DNA of 64,000 nucleotides from an uncultured Sphingobacteriales bacterium (GCA_963844325.1 CAWJNV010000002.1:3897824-3961823), one strand, 5' to 3'. Shown: positions 1 through 10,319, counted from the first letter of the stretch. Made by a program: numbers and translations. The notes: generated by a model not told the origin, from the letters alone.

Positions 1-325
1 CCTTCGTGGTCCAGGTCGAAGTCCGGGTGCGCCGGGGGGCCGTTGTGGTTGCTCTGCTGGGAGCCGACGAAATCGACCGCGTAGCCGGCGTTTTTGAGCC
101 GGTGCCACAGCGGGCGGCGGTACGAGTCGTAGCCGGTGTACGACTGCGTGATTGAATTGCCCAGCGGCATGATGCGGATGGGCGCCGTCGAAAAAGCGGC
201 TGCCCGGGCCGGCGGGTGGGCCTCGGCCCGCAGAACGGGGGGGCCGGCAATGCCCAGGGTCAGCAGCACGGCGCCCAGCAGGCGCAACAAAAAGGAGGGG
301 GGAAACGGGGTTGTGAACGGGTACA
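1..325 (-). CDS. SGNH/GDSL-family hydrolase (partial, 5' part in window; signal peptide)
   Basis: Reverse translation from ATG at 325: MYPFTTPFPPSFLLRLLGAVLLTLGIAGPP...IRIMPLGNSITQ. The GNSIT block is typical of SGNH esterases. The N-terminal hydrophobic signal is present. The ORF runs off the window edge. Confidence 0.6.
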
Positions 326-663
326 TGACGGGTTGTTTAGCGGTCCGGGCCGTTGGCTTGCCGGTGATTGCCCGGGCACGGGGCGCAAGGGAGGAGAAAA
401 AGGCGGCGTAAATGTAGAAAGTAACACGTGAAAGTAACAATTTATCAGTAGTTACCAGGGGGATAAGTAGCTGCCGGAAGTATCAATGAGCAGGCTTATG
501 CGTAATTACTGGGCAAGTAAGAAAATTCCTTTCACGGATTAGAAAAAGATTAGCCGGTTGGTATGATTTATTGATAATCGTCACGAAATCCTTTGCTTTG
601 CCGGTAATTTGTTAATGATTGTAAAAAAATTGCAAAACTTGCGCCGGCGTAGTATCTTGGAAC

Positions 664-1698
664 ATGCCTTTTCCCCCGCGTAAGATCAAAGCCCCGGTTG
701 CCGCATTGCTGCTGCTTGGCCTCACCACGGCCTGCGAACTACCCCCGCGCGAGGCGGGTGGCACTGCGCAAACGGCCAACGTGGTCCCCGCCGGCGACGT
801 GGCCGTGAACCCCGACGAAGAGTACGTAATGGTGACTACGGCCATCAACATGCCCATGTACGTGAACCACGACCAGGCGGCATTCAAGCGGTGGGGCGAG
901 AAGATGGGCGTGAAAGTTTCGGTGCTCGGCCCGGCCGAGTGGGACGTGCCCGCCCAGATCGAAATCATCGAGCAGGTGATTGCCACCCGGCCGGCCGGGC
1001 TGCTCATCAACGGTACCGACCCCGGCATTGCCCGGGCCATCAACAAGGCCGTGGAGGCCGGCATCCCCACGGTGGTGTACGACTCCGACGTACCCGGCTC
1101 GCGGCGGCACGCCTTCCTGGGCACCGACTGGTACCAGATCGGCCAGATGCAGGGCGAGGAGATGGTCCGGCTTACCGGGGGCAAGGGCAAGGTGGCCTAC
1201 ATGGGCATCCTGGGCCTTACCAACATGGAGGACGGCTTCCGGGGGCTGCTCGACGTGCTCAAAAAATACCCCGGCATCCAGGTGGTGGGTAAATACGACG
1301 ACAAGGCCAGCGTGGAAACGGCCGCCCGCATTACTTCCGACCTGCTGGCAGCTTACCCCGACATTGCCGGCATCTGCGGCTTCGACTCCAACTCGGGCCC
1401 GGGCATTGCCCTGGCCGTGAAAGAAGCGGGCAAGGCCGGCAAGGTAAAAATTACGACGGTAGACTGGGAACCCGAGCACCTGCAACTGGTACGCGACGGG
1501 GTGATTCACATGCTGGCCGGCCAGAAACGGGAACTCTTCTGCTGGTACGGCGCGCAGTTCCTCTTCGACATGGTGCACCGCACCAACCGCCTGTCGGGCA
1601 ACGACGCCTCGCTGGGCATTTCGAACGTGCCCACCACGGTGAACACCGGGCTGCTGCGCGTTACCCGCGACAACGTGGGACAGTTTTTGAAGAAATAA
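664..1698 (+). CDS. Periplasmic sugar-binding protein (LacI/ribose-binding-type ABC substrate-binding lipoprotein)
   Basis: 344-aa ORF with lipoprotein-like signal (LLLLGLTTAC). The composition resembles type-I periplasmic binding proteins (VVYDSDVPG..., KVAYMGILG...). Confidence 0.55.
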   Translation: MPFPPRKIKAPVAALLLLGLTTACELPPREAGGTAQTANVVPAGDVAVNPDEEYVMVTTAINMPMYVNHDQAAFKRWGEKMGVKVSVLGPAEWDVPAQIEIIEQVIATRPAGLLINGTDPGIARAINKAVEAGIPTVVYDSDVPGSRRHAFLGTDWYQIGQMQGEEMVRLTGGKGKVAYMGILGLTNMEDGFRGLLDVLKKYPGIQVVGKYDDKASVETAARITSDLLAAYPDIAGICGFDSNSGPGIALAVKEAGKAGKVKITTVDWEPEHLQLVRDGVIHMLAGQKRELFCWYGAQFLFDMVHRTNRLSGNDASLGISNVPTTVNTGLLRVTRDNVGQFLKK

Positions 1699-2074
1699 AG
1701 GGGAAGGGGGGAGGTTAGGGTAGAAAGGTTGGGGAAAGGTCCGGAACGAACGCCGATGCCGGAACAATCCCGGTAAGATTCGGAGGCAGTCCTGAAGAAC
1801 TGCGCCTGCTTATATGGAAATGCTTGCTTTTTGTGTTTTCTTTGTGCCTTGCGGACCAGTACGTACGCTTCTCCGCATTTCATAACATCATTTGTTGCCC
1901 GTCCGGCCCCATCACCAGCTTGTAAAGAGGTATTTCTGATGAATGATGCACTTTTTTTTATAGTTAATCATTTTTTTCAGTAAATTCCGGCCGGTATTTG
2001 TTTTAGGTAATTAATGGGAGTTTTTCGCACTCCGACAGCCTCCTGAGGGGCTGTCATCAATCCCCTTTCAATTC

Positions 2075-3979
2075 GTGGCACAATCACTTGCAATGCCGAA
2101 TCCTGGGCAAGCCGCCCCGGAGCTTTTGATATTCATGGACTGGAAACCACTTCTGGCGAAGCTGGCCCGCTTTAAAGCCATTTTTGGCCATACTGATGTG
2201 CCGTATCCCTGGCCCGAAGACCCCCTGCTTTCCGAGTGGGTGGACGCACTCCGGCAGCACGGCGACGCTTTGCCCCCGCCTTTGCGCGCTTCCCTGGAAG
2301 GGTTGGACTTTGGGTGGAGCATCGCGGCCCGCTGGCCCACCTTTTTCGAGAAGCTCAGGGAGTACCACCGGCAGTCGGGCCACACCCGCGTAACGGCGAA
2401 GGCCGGTGCGGGAAACACCCTGCGGACGTGGACCGAGCAGCAGCGGCAGGCGCGGGCTGCACTGACCGAACAACGGGTGGCGCAACTCGACGGCCTGGGG
2501 TTTGCCTGGGAACTGCCCGACGAGAAGCAAGCCCGGTGGGAAGACATGTACGGGCAACTGGTGGCCTTCCGGGAAAAGCACGGCCACGTACGCGTGCCCT
2601 CGTCGTACACGCTCAACAAGCCGCTGGCCAAGTGGGTGGCGCGGCAACGGGAGCAGGGGGCGGCCATGCCGTCCGAACGGAAGGCCCGCCTCGAAGCCCT
2701 GGGCTTCCTCTGGAAGGAGGACCTGGAGGCCCTCGACGAGGAAGCCTGGCAGGAAAAGTACGACCAGCTCCGCGCCTTTTACGGGGAACACGGGCACTTC
2801 CGGGTGCCGGCCGGCCAGAAGCAATACCGCTCCCTGCGCATTTGGGTGGATCACCAGCGCAAGGGCCAGCAGAGCCTTCCCCCCGAGCGCCACCGGCAAC
2901 TCGACCAGATCGGCTTCCCGTGGGGCAACGACCTGGTGAAGCAGCAGGAGGACGCCTGGCAGCAGATGTACGCCAAACTGGCGGCCTTCCAGGCCCGCTT
3001 CGGCCACGTACGCGTGCCCAGCAAGTGGAAGGAAGACCCGGCACTGGGGGCCTGGGTGACCCGGCAGCGCCGCCGCAAGGACGCCCTGCCGCCCGCCCAG
3101 CGGGCCCAGCTCGACGCCCTGGGGTTTGCCTGGCCCGAACACATCAGCCGGAGCAAACAGCAACGCTGGCTCAAGTCGTACCGCGAACTGAAAGCTTTTA
3201 AGGAAAAGTACGGCCACTGCCGGGTGCCCGACCAGTACGAGGCCAACCCGGCCCTGGGCAAGTGGGTAAGCTGGCAGCGCAAGCAGGAACGGGAAGGCAA
3301 ACTGCCGCCGGGCCGTAAAAAACTGCTCGCCGAGATCGGCTTCGCCTGGGCCGATACGCTGCAACGGGAGTCGCGCCTGCGTTGGGAACGGATGTACCTG
3401 CGGCTCAAGCGGTTCTACCAGAAGAACGGCCACTCGCAGGTGCCCGAAGGCTGGAGCCACGACCCCAAGCTGGCCATCTGGGTTTCCATGCTGCGCCAGC
3501 ACGAGAAACGCCTCTCCAACGAGCAGCGGGCCCGGCTCAACGAACTGGCCTTCCCGTGGAAACGGACCCTGCGGCACGAACGCGAAAAGGTCTGGGAACA
3601 GATGTTCCAGAAACTGCTGGCCTTCCACCGCGAGAAGGGGCACTGCCGCGTAACGGTGAGCCACCCCGACCAGAAGTTTTTCCGCTGGGTAGCCAAACAA
3701 CGCCGCGACCGGCACAAACTGCCGCCGCACCGGTTCGCCAAACTCGACGCCCTGGGATTCTCCTGGAAGGAGGACAACCAGCAACTCAAGGAGAATAAAT
3801 GGGAGTCGATGTACAGCCAGTTGCTGGCCTTCCGGGATCGGTTCGGGCACTGCCGCGTACCGGACCGCTGGCCCGAAAACGTAAAACTCGCCAACTGGGT
3901 ATCCCACCAGCGCCGCAAAGCCGACAAACTCCCCCCCGGACGACGGGAAAAGCTGACAGAGATCGGGTTTTTCAGTTAG
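2075..3979 (+). CDS. Helicase-associated (HA) domain repeat protein, nine tandem repeats, no helicase core
   Basis: 634-aa ORF made of nine ~62-aa repeats of the form W..Y..L..F....GH.RVP.......L..WV..QR......L...R...L..LGF.W. This is the HA-domain signature. Confidence 0.7.
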   Translation: MAQSLAMPNPGQAAPELLIFMDWKPLLAKLARFKAIFGHTDVPYPWPEDPLLSEWVDALRQHGDALPPPLRASLEGLDFGWSIAARWPTFFEKLREYHRQSGHTRVTAKAGAGNTLRTWTEQQRQARAALTEQRVAQLDGLGFAWELPDEKQARWEDMYGQLVAFREKHGHVRVPSSYTLNKPLAKWVARQREQGAAMPSERKARLEALGFLWKEDLEALDEEAWQEKYDQLRAFYGEHGHFRVPAGQKQYRSLRIWVDHQRKGQQSLPPERHRQLDQIGFPWGNDLVKQQEDAWQQMYAKLAAFQARFGHVRVPSKWKEDPALGAWVTRQRRRKDALPPAQRAQLDALGFAWPEHISRSKQQRWLKSYRELKAFKEKYGHCRVPDQYEANPALGKWVSWQRKQEREGKLPPGRKKLLAEIGFAWADTLQRESRLRWERMYLRLKRFYQKNGHSQVPEGWSHDPKLAIWVSMLRQHEKRLSNEQRARLNELAFPWKRTLRHEREKVWEQMFQKLLAFHREKGHCRVTVSHPDQKFFRWVAKQRRDRHKLPPHRFAKLDALGFSWKEDNQQLKENKWESMYSQLLAFRDRFGHCRVPDRWPENVKLANWVSHQRRKADKLPPGRREKLTEIGFFS

Positions 3980-3980
3980 T

Positions 3981-4062
3981 CAATGATCAGTAATCAGTAA
4001 TCTACGTACTGCCTACTGCCGATTGTTCACTGATTACTGTTTACTGATTTACTGTTCACTGA
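3981..4062. repeat. Inverted repeat of 8-bp words (cagtaatc / gattactg) between convergent genes
   Basis: The left arm is caatgatcagtaatcagtaatc. The right arm is tgattactgtttactgatttactgttcactga, the reverse complement built from 8-mer words. Confidence 0.7.
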
Positions 4063-4065
4063 CCC

Positions 4066-5412
4066 TTACACCTTCGGAAACTTCCACGGGTCGCGGTACT
4101 GCGGCCGGGTCATGGCGGTGGCTTCTTTGTCGTTGAGGAAGGAACCTGAAGCGGCGTCCCAGGTGACCTTGCGGCCGGTGCGCAGGGCAATGTTGCCCAG
4201 GTGCGACACCACGGCGACTTTCCGGGCGGTTTCCACGTCGCACACGGGCTTGTTGCGGCTTTTGATGCACGACACGAAGTTTTTCACGTGCAGGGCCAGG
4301 TCTTTGCCGCCGCCCCGCTGCTCGGGCACCGCCGGGATGAGGTACTGGCCGTTGTCCGATTCGGGGAAGAGCCGCCATTTGTCGCGGTCTACCACCAGCG
4401 TGCCCTGCGTGCCCACGAAGGCCACGCCGCAGTAGTTGTTTCCGTAAAGGCCCGCCGACACCCCCATGCCGTGTTCCCAGGTGATCACGTAATTGCCGTA
4501 GTCGTAGAGGGCCATCTGCGTGTCGGGCGTCTCCATGCCGCTGTCGGGGAAGGCCAGCTTGCCGCCCGTCGCCTGCACGGTTTTGGGCATCCCGGCCTTC
4601 ATGCCGTAGAGGGCAAAGTCGATCAGGTGCACGCCCCAGTCGGTCATGATGCCGCCGCCGTAGTCCCAGTAGTACCGCCAGGTGCCGTGGAAGCGGTTGG
4701 GGTTGAAGGCCCGTTTGGGGGCCGGGCCGAGCCACAGGTCGTAGTCCACGCCGGCCGGGGGCGCCCCGTCGGCTGCCGGCGGGGTAGCCTTGCGGCTGTT
4801 GTAGTAGAGCCAGTTGCGCACCATGCTGATCTTGCCGAGCTTGCCCGAATGCACGTATTCAATGGCCGACTGCCAGTGGGGGCCGCTGCGCTGCCACTGG
4901 CCCACCTGTACCACCCGGTTGTACTTCTGGGCGGCCTGCACCATGGCGTTGCACTCTTCGATGGAACTGGCCATCGGCTTTTCCACGTACACGTCCTTGC
5001 CGGCCTGGCAGGCGTACACGGTCATCAGGCAGTGCCAGTGGTCGGGCGTGCCGATGATGACGGCGTCAATGTCCTTGCTGTCGAGCAGCTTGCGGAAGTC
5101 GGTGTAGAGGACCGGCTTTTTGCCCGTCATCTTTTCGAGTTCGGCGGCCCGGCTTTCGAGCACCGACGGGTCGATGTCGCACAGGGCCACGCATTCCACT
5201 TCGGGCAGGGCGACGTGTTCGCGCAGGTTGGCCCAGCCCATGTTCTTGCAGCCGATGAGGCCCACGCGGATCTTGTCGGCGGCCGACACGGCGGACCGGG
5301 CCGAAGCCGTGGCTGGTAAGGAAAAGGCGCCCAGCCCTACGCCGGCCACCAGGCGGGAGGTATCCCCCATAAAATCTCTTCTTGAATATCGGCCCATGTG
5401 GTTGGTTGACAA
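4066..5412 (-). CDS. Gfo/Idh/MocA-family oxidoreductase with Tat signal
   Basis: 448-aa ORF: MSTNHMGRYSRRDFMG..(twin-arginine)...KIRVGLIGCKNMGWANL. This is an NAD-binding Rossmann start typical of Gfo/Idh/MocA. Confidence 0.8.
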   Translation of the reverse strand: MSTNHMGRYSRRDFMGDTSRLVAGVGLGAFSLPATASARSAVSAADKIRVGLIGCKNMGWANLREHVALPEVECVALCDIDPSVLESRAAELEKMTGKKPVLYTDFRKLLDSKDIDAVIIGTPDHWHCLMTVYACQAGKDVYVEKPMASSIEECNAMVQAAQKYNRVVQVGQWQRSGPHWQSAIEYVHSGKLGKISMVRNWLYYNSRKATPPAADGAPPAGVDYDLWLGPAPKRAFNPNRFHGTWRYYWDYGGGIMTDWGVHLIDFALYGMKAGMPKTVQATGGKLAFPDSGMETPDTQMALYDYGNYVITWEHGMGVSAGLYGNNYCGVAFVGTQGTLVVDRDKWRLFPESDNGQYLIPAVPEQRGGGKDLALHVKNFVSCIKSRNKPVCDVETARKVAVVSHLGNIALRTGRKVTWDAASGSFLNDKEATAMTRPQYRDPWKFPKV

Positions 5413-5492
5413 TGGCTGAATAAATGGTAATTCACCAAGATAGAGGCCGGCAGGGCCGGGCGTATCCTGCCGTATCCGGTAGGGGCCTCCCC

Positions 5493-6758
5493 CTAATCCT
5501 GCAACCGGATTTGCAGCACCACTACGTCCTTCAGCTTGTCGGGGTCCTTCAATGAGCCGTCGGGCTGGAGGTTGCGCAGGTGGCTGTTGGTGATGTAGTA
5601 GAAAGATTTGCCCGCCAGCACGCCCGTAGTGGGAATGTTGAAGCCCGGGTGGTTGTTTTCGAGCACCCGCATTGCCGTTACCGACCGGCCGCCGTCGCCC
5701 AGCGTAAACCGCACGATGCGATCCGCCTCGATGCCGTTCTGCACCCCGATCAGCGTGTTTTCGTGGAAGTAGAGGCCGTCGATGCCGAACAGCGGAATGG
5801 TTCCGGGCGCCGCCAGCGGTTTGGTTTCCTTCGTCGTCAAATCAATCACCGAGATGCCGCCGTAGTGCGCCACGTAGAGCAGCCGGCCTTCCGGGAGGTG
5901 CGTAATGCCGTTGGGGTAGATCAGCCGCAGTTGGGGGTTGTAGACCACCAGTTGGTCCCGGGCGGGGTCCAGCGTGTACACGGTGCCCCCTTCGCTGTCG
6001 GTCACGTACAGTTCACCGTTTTCGAGCAGGGCCAGGTCGTTGAGCAGGTGCTTGGTTGTGGTGTCGGCCAGCACGTACCTGCGGGCCAGCTTCCCGGTTT
6101 TGAGGTCGTAGGCGAACAGGCCCGACCGGCCCGTCTGGAAGTTGGCGCTGCAAGCCCAAAGGAGGCGCCGGGGCCCGTCCACGCGCATCCCCAGCACCGC
6201 CCAGAGGCCATCCTGCCCGGGCTTGGTGAAGTCTTTGACGAGCCCTTTGGCATCTACCCGCACGATTTTGCGCTGGGCCATGCTGCCCACGAAAAAGCTT
6301 TTGGTGGCCGGGTCGTAGGCGATGCCCTCGGGAATGAAGCCCCGGTCGCGGATCACGAAGCCGGCCTGGCTGCGGAGGGCCGGCTGGGCGTGGCGGGCCA
6401 TCTGGGCGGCTACCTGCCCGAAGGCCGGCGACCCTTGCAGTGCGGCGAAGGCCGTGTCTTTCTGCAGGCGGTAGGGGAGTTGCATGGCGGCCAGTTCGCG
6501 CAGCACCGTCAGGGACGCCGCCGTGTCGCCGGCCAGGGCGTGCCCCCGGGCCATGTAGAGCAGCAGGGACGGTTGACGGCCGATCGACTTCACCACGCCT
6601 TCCATGTGCTGCAGGAACACCGGGTAGTCGCGCCGGTCCCAGGCCGCCTGTGCCGCCGCGAACGGGTCGCCTTCGGATTGGGCAAAACCGGCCCCTTGGA
6701 TCAGGCAAAAGAGAACGGCGAGTAAATGAGCGTAAGGGTTTCTCATAAAAAAAGGCAT
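5493..6758 (-). CDS. Secreted SMP-30/gluconolactonase/LRE-like beta-propeller protein with N-terminal TPR-like region
   Basis: 421-aa ORF with a signal peptide (LLAVLFCLIQGAGFAQS). The C-terminal half has repeated propeller-like blades (GIAYDP..., LYVTDSEGGTVY...). Confidence 0.45.
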   Translation of the reverse strand: MPFFMRNPYAHLLAVLFCLIQGAGFAQSEGDPFAAAQAAWDRRDYPVFLQHMEGVVKSIGRQPSLLLYMARGHALAGDTAASLTVLRELAAMQLPYRLQKDTAFAALQGSPAFGQVAAQMARHAQPALRSQAGFVIRDRGFIPEGIAYDPATKSFFVGSMAQRKIVRVDAKGLVKDFTKPGQDGLWAVLGMRVDGPRRLLWACSANFQTGRSGLFAYDLKTGKLARRYVLADTTTKHLLNDLALLENGELYVTDSEGGTVYTLDPARDQLVVYNPQLRLIYPNGITHLPEGRLLYVAHYGGISVIDLTTKETKPLAAPGTIPLFGIDGLYFHENTLIGVQNGIEADRIVRFTLGDGGRSVTAMRVLENNHPGFNIPTTGVLAGKSFYYITNSHLRNLQPDGSLKDPDKLKDVVVLQIRLQD

Positions 6759-6809
6759 TGGGGCAAAGATGAAAACTGAACCCGGACCGGGCTGTTAAGG
6801 AAAGGTTAA

Positions 6810-8021
6810 TCAACTCCGGAACCGGACCAGTGGAAAAGCCTGGCCCGCCGGGAACGTGTCCGTGCCCGCGTCCAGTTCCAGGAAGGCGTCGGCGTGGAGC
6901 AGGTTGGCAAAATCACCCGAGCCGCTGCCCGGCAGGGCTTTGGCGCACACGACGCCCTGCGCGTTCTGGTAGGTCCGTACGGGCACGAAGCAGGTGAGGG
7001 GCGGCGCAAAGCGGATCGTTTCGTCGAGTACGGCGCAGGCGGCCGGCAGGGGCGGCTGGCCGAGGACGGCCCGCAGCCAGGGCATCAGGTAGCGGTAGCA
7101 GCACAGGAACGTGGACACGGGGTTGCCCGGAAAGGCAAACACGGCCTTCCCCTCCGCCGACCGGCCGAACCAGAACGGCTTGCCCGGCCGCTGGGCTACT
7201 TTGTGAAAGAGCATTTCCACGCCCAGTTCGCCCAGCACTTCGGGCACGAAGTCCGACTTGCCCATCGATACGCCGCCGCTGAGCACCAGGCAGTCGTGGT
7301 CCGGCAGAAGGGCCTCCAGCGTGCGGCGGATGGCCGGCTTGTCGTCGGGCACGTGGAAGAGGGCCGGCGCCGCCGCGGCTTCCCGCAGGGCGGCGCCGAG
7401 CATGTGCGCATTGGAGCGCCGGATCTGGTGGGGCAGCGGGGACTGGTCTACTTCCACCAGTTCGTCGCCGGTAGAGACCACGGCTACCCGCAGCGGGCCC
7501 GAGACGGCCAGCGTGCCCCTGCCCACGGAAGCCGCCACGCCGATCTCGGCCGGGCCGAGCCGGGTACCCGCGGGAATCAGCAGGTCGCCCTGCCGCCCGT
7601 CGGTGCCGCGCCGGTGCACGTTGTGCCACGGTTTTTCGGGGAGCAGCCGGGGGGTGGCCCGCCGCCCGCCGGGTCCTTCGTCCAGTTGCAGGTCCTCGTA
7701 GCGGATCACCGTGTCGGCGCCTTCGGGCAGTACCGCCCCGGTCATGATCTCCAGGCACCCCTGCGGGTCGGTGAGGCGCCCCGGGGGCGTGCCCGCGTAG
7801 GCGGTGCCGGCCACCGGAAAGGTGCGTGGGCCGGCCTGCAGGGCGGCAAAAGCCACGGCAATGCCATCCATCGTGGCCCGGTGGAAGGGCGGAAAGTCAC
7901 GGTCGGCGTACACGGGTTCCCGGAGCACGCGGCCCACGGCTTCGGCCAGGCCAACCCGGGAGACCGGCGCCGCCCCCGCGTGCGACCCGATCAGGGCGGC
8001 CGCTTCCTGTACTGAAATCAT
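6810..8021 (-). CDS. moeA: Molybdopterin molybdotransferase MoeA
   Basis: 403 aa: MISVQEAAALI...FPPFHRATMDGIAV...the MoeA/gephyrin E-domain pattern. It lies within the Moco gene cluster. Confidence 0.85.
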   Translation of the reverse strand: MISVQEAAALIGSHAGAAPVSRVGLAEAVGRVLREPVYADRDFPPFHRATMDGIAVAFAALQAGPRTFPVAGTAYAGTPPGRLTDPQGCLEIMTGAVLPEGADTVIRYEDLQLDEGPGGRRATPRLLPEKPWHNVHRRGTDGRQGDLLIPAGTRLGPAEIGVAASVGRGTLAVSGPLRVAVVSTGDELVEVDQSPLPHQIRRSNAHMLGAALREAAAAPALFHVPDDKPAIRRTLEALLPDHDCLVLSGGVSMGKSDFVPEVLGELGVEMLFHKVAQRPGKPFWFGRSAEGKAVFAFPGNPVSTFLCCYRYLMPWLRAVLGQPPLPAACAVLDETIRFAPPLTCFVPVRTYQNAQGVVCAKALPGSGSGDFANLLHADAFLELDAGTDTFPAGQAFPLVRFRS

Positions 8022-8082
8022 AACGATGAATTTAACTTCTTACCTTTGCGGCTGCAAGGTACACTTTACGAACGGTCATTCT

Positions 8083-8574
8083 ATGGCGGAAGAAGGAGGC
8101 AACTTTACCCACCTCGATGCCGCGGGCAACCCGGCCATGGTGGATGTGGGCGACAAGCAGGTAACCCGGCGCACGGCCACGGCCCGCAGCCTGGTGGTGC
8201 TGCCCGAAGTGGTGCGGCAACAACTGTCGGGCGGGGAAATTCACACCAAAAAAGGCCCCGTGTTCGCGACGGCCATCGTGGCGGGCATCATGGGCGCCAA
8301 AAAGACGTCCGAACTCATTCCGCTCTGCCACCCGCTGGCCCTGGACAACTGCAAGATTACCATCGACCTGAACCCGGACGGCGAAGTGGAAATCCGGTGC
8401 ACGGCCCGCGTGACGGCCAAAACCGGCGTGGAGATGGAGGCCCTGACCGGCGCTACGGTGGCGGCCCTCACCATCTACGACATGTGCAAGGCGTTTTCGC
8501 AGGAAATCATCATCAAAGAAACCATGCTCATCGAAAAAACGGGAGGTAAAAGTGACTACCGCATCCAATCGTAA
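8083..8574 (+). CDS. moaC: Cyclic pyranopterin monophosphate synthase MoaC
   Basis: MAEEGGNFTHLDAAGNPAMVDVGDKQVTRRTA...LIPLCHPL...GVEMEALTGATVAALTIYDMCKA is the canonical MoaC. An alternative ATG at 8027 adds 19 aa. Confidence 0.85.
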   Translation: MAEEGGNFTHLDAAGNPAMVDVGDKQVTRRTATARSLVVLPEVVRQQLSGGEIHTKKGPVFATAIVAGIMGAKKTSELIPLCHPLALDNCKITIDLNPDGEVEIRCTARVTAKTGVEMEALTGATVAALTIYDMCKAFSQEIIIKETMLIEKTGGKSDYRIQS

Positions 8575-9730
8575 CGGGGGCCCCGACGCCCCTTCCCCCA
8601 AGCCCAAGCACGCCGCCCTGGCCCGGCCCGCCGGGGGGGAGTTCGGCCGCTTCGAACTGGCGGTCCTGGGTACGCCCTGCGACCGGATCAAACGGCTGGC
8701 CGCGGCCCTGATGGGGCACCTCCCGGCGCAACTGCGCGTGGCCTACGTGGACGCTGACCACAAGGGGGAGGAGGGGCCCGGCAACCCGTTCCTGCAGGCC
8801 GGCGCCACGCTGCACTACAACGACAAGATTGCCGCCAAACGCTTCGACTACCGCGGCGACCTCAACCCGTACCAGCTCAAGCCGTTTTTCGCCGGCCAGG
8901 ACCTGGTGCTGGTGAACGGCAACCACTTCGCGGCCCGCAGCCAGGTGGCGGTGGTGGACCCGGCCAAACCGCTCGAAAAGAAGCTCGACAAACTGACCGA
9001 CGTGCGGCTGGTGCTTCTGGCCGAAGGCGTTGCGGAGGTGCCGGCCTACCTGGCGGCCCACCTGCAACAGGCCGGTGAACTGCCCGTGCTGCGGTTGGAC
9101 GATACCGAAGGGATTGCCCGGCACATCCTCGCGCTTTGGCAGGCGCAGCTGCCCCCGTTGCACGGCCTCGTGCTGGCCGGCGGGCTGAGCACCCGGATGC
9201 AGCGGGACAAAGGTTTGCTCCACTACCACGGCCAGGCGCAGCGGGAATACGCCGCGGGCCTGCTGGCCCGGTACTGCCGCGAGGTGTACCTATCGTGCCG
9301 CCCCGACCAGGCCGCCGAGCCGGGAACCCGGTTCCCGCTCCTGCCCGACACGTTTACGGGCCTGGGGCCGCTCGGGGGCATCCTGTCGGCGCTGCGCCAC
9401 CAACCCGACGCCGCCTGGCTGGTGGTGGCCTGCGACTTGCCCCTGCTCGACGACGAGACGCTGCGCTTCCTGGTGACGCACCGCGACCCGTCCCGGGTAG
9501 CCACCGCCTTCCTCGATCCGGAAGGGAAATTTCCCGAACCCCTGGTAACGATCTACGAGCCCCGCAGCTACCCCGTGCTGTTGCAAATGCTGGGCCTGGG
9601 CTATTCCTGCCCCCGCAAAACCCTCATCAACCACGACGTAGCCCTCCTCCGCGCCCCCAATCCCCGCTCCCTCACCAACGTGAACGAACCGGGAGAGTAT
9701 GAGAAAATAGTCAGGGAGTTGGAAGGTTAG
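8552..9730 (+). CDS. mobA: Molybdenum cofactor guanylyltransferase MobA fused to an N-terminal MobB-like domain with degenerate P-loop
   Basis: The C-terminal half has GLVLAGGLSTRMQRDKGLL (the MobA nucleotidyltransferase G-loop). The N-terminal ~190 aa resembles MobB, but the Walker A is replaced by LGTPCDRIKRL. Confidence 0.65.
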   Translation: MTTASNRNGGPDAPSPKPKHAALARPAGGEFGRFELAVLGTPCDRIKRLAAALMGHLPAQLRVAYVDADHKGEEGPGNPFLQAGATLHYNDKIAAKRFDYRGDLNPYQLKPFFAGQDLVLVNGNHFAARSQVAVVDPAKPLEKKLDKLTDVRLVLLAEGVAEVPAYLAAHLQQAGELPVLRLDDTEGIARHILALWQAQLPPLHGLVLAGGLSTRMQRDKGLLHYHGQAQREYAAGLLARYCREVYLSCRPDQAAEPGTRFPLLPDTFTGLGPLGGILSALRHQPDAAWLVVACDLPLLDDETLRFLVTHRDPSRVATAFLDPEGKFPEPLVTIYEPRSYPVLLQMLGLGYSCPRKTLINHDVALLRAPNPRSLTNVNEPGEYEKIVRELEG

Positions 9731-9835
9731 AAGGCTGAATGGCTATATGGTTAAATGGCTATATGGCCATATGATTTTTCCTTTGAGAATCATTCCTCCC
9801 GCAGGCAACCATATAACCATATAACCATACAATCC
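9731..9835. repeat. 8-bp-word palindrome (CCATNNNN / NNNNATGG family) between convergent genes
   Basis: ggctgaatggctatatggttaaatggctatatgg ... caaccatataaccatataaccatacaatcc. Confidence 0.7.
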
Positions 9836-9836
9836 T

Positions 9837-10247
9837 TCAAGGATGCGCGGCGATCCAGGTCTCGCCGTTTTCGTAGACTTCCTTTTTCCAGATGGGCACC
9901 ACCTGCTTGATGGTGTCAATGATGTACTGGCAGGCCTCGAACGATTCGCGGCGGTGGGGCGTGGATACGGCAATGACCACGGCCGTTTCCCCGATTTGCA
10001 GGACGCCCTTGCGGTGCACCACCGCTACTTTTTCGACGGGCCACCGGCGACGGGCTTCCGCGGCCACTTCCTCCATCTTTTTAAGGGCCATCTTGTCGTA
10101 GGCTTCGTATTCGAGGCGCACCACCGTCCGGCGGGCGGCGTGGTTGCGCACCGTGCCGATGAACACGTTTACGGCCCCGGCCCGTTCCGACTGGGCGGCG
10201 GCAATGGCGGCGTCTACGTCAATGGGCTGGTCGGTAATGGCAATCAT
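9837..10247 (-). CDS. moaE: Molybdopterin synthase catalytic subunit MoaE
   Basis: 136 aa: ...VFIGTVRNHA...VRLEYEAY..MA...VHRKGVL.IGE..V. This is the MoaE signature. Confidence 0.85.
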   Translation of the reverse strand: MIAITDQPIDVDAAIAAAQSERAGAVNVFIGTVRNHAARRTVVRLEYEAYDKMALKKMEEVAAEARRRWPVEKVAVVHRKGVLQIGETAVVIAVSTPHRRESFEACQYIIDTIKQVVPIWKKEVYENGETWIAAHP

Positions 10248-10319
10248 AAGGCGGCAGTTGGGTAAATGGGCGAACTTACAGGGGGGCGGATGGACAGGCC
10301 TGATGGGGCTTCAAGCGGT

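Noticed and set aside
2084-3907. 607-aa minus-strand ORF and other long antisense ORFs (739..1767, 4201..5319, 5580..6725, 6894..8015, 38864..40321, 51712..54033, 60644..62029)
   Set aside because: Each overlaps a well-supported gene on the opposite strand. Their translations are Arg/Gly/Pro/Ala-rich with no motifs. These are GC-content artefacts.
8027-8082. Longer moaC start at ATG 8027 (MNLTSYLCGCKVHFTNGHS-)
   Set aside because: The extension is not MoaC-like. ATG 8083 gives the canonical MAEEGG...THLD N-terminus. It is kept as an alternative only.
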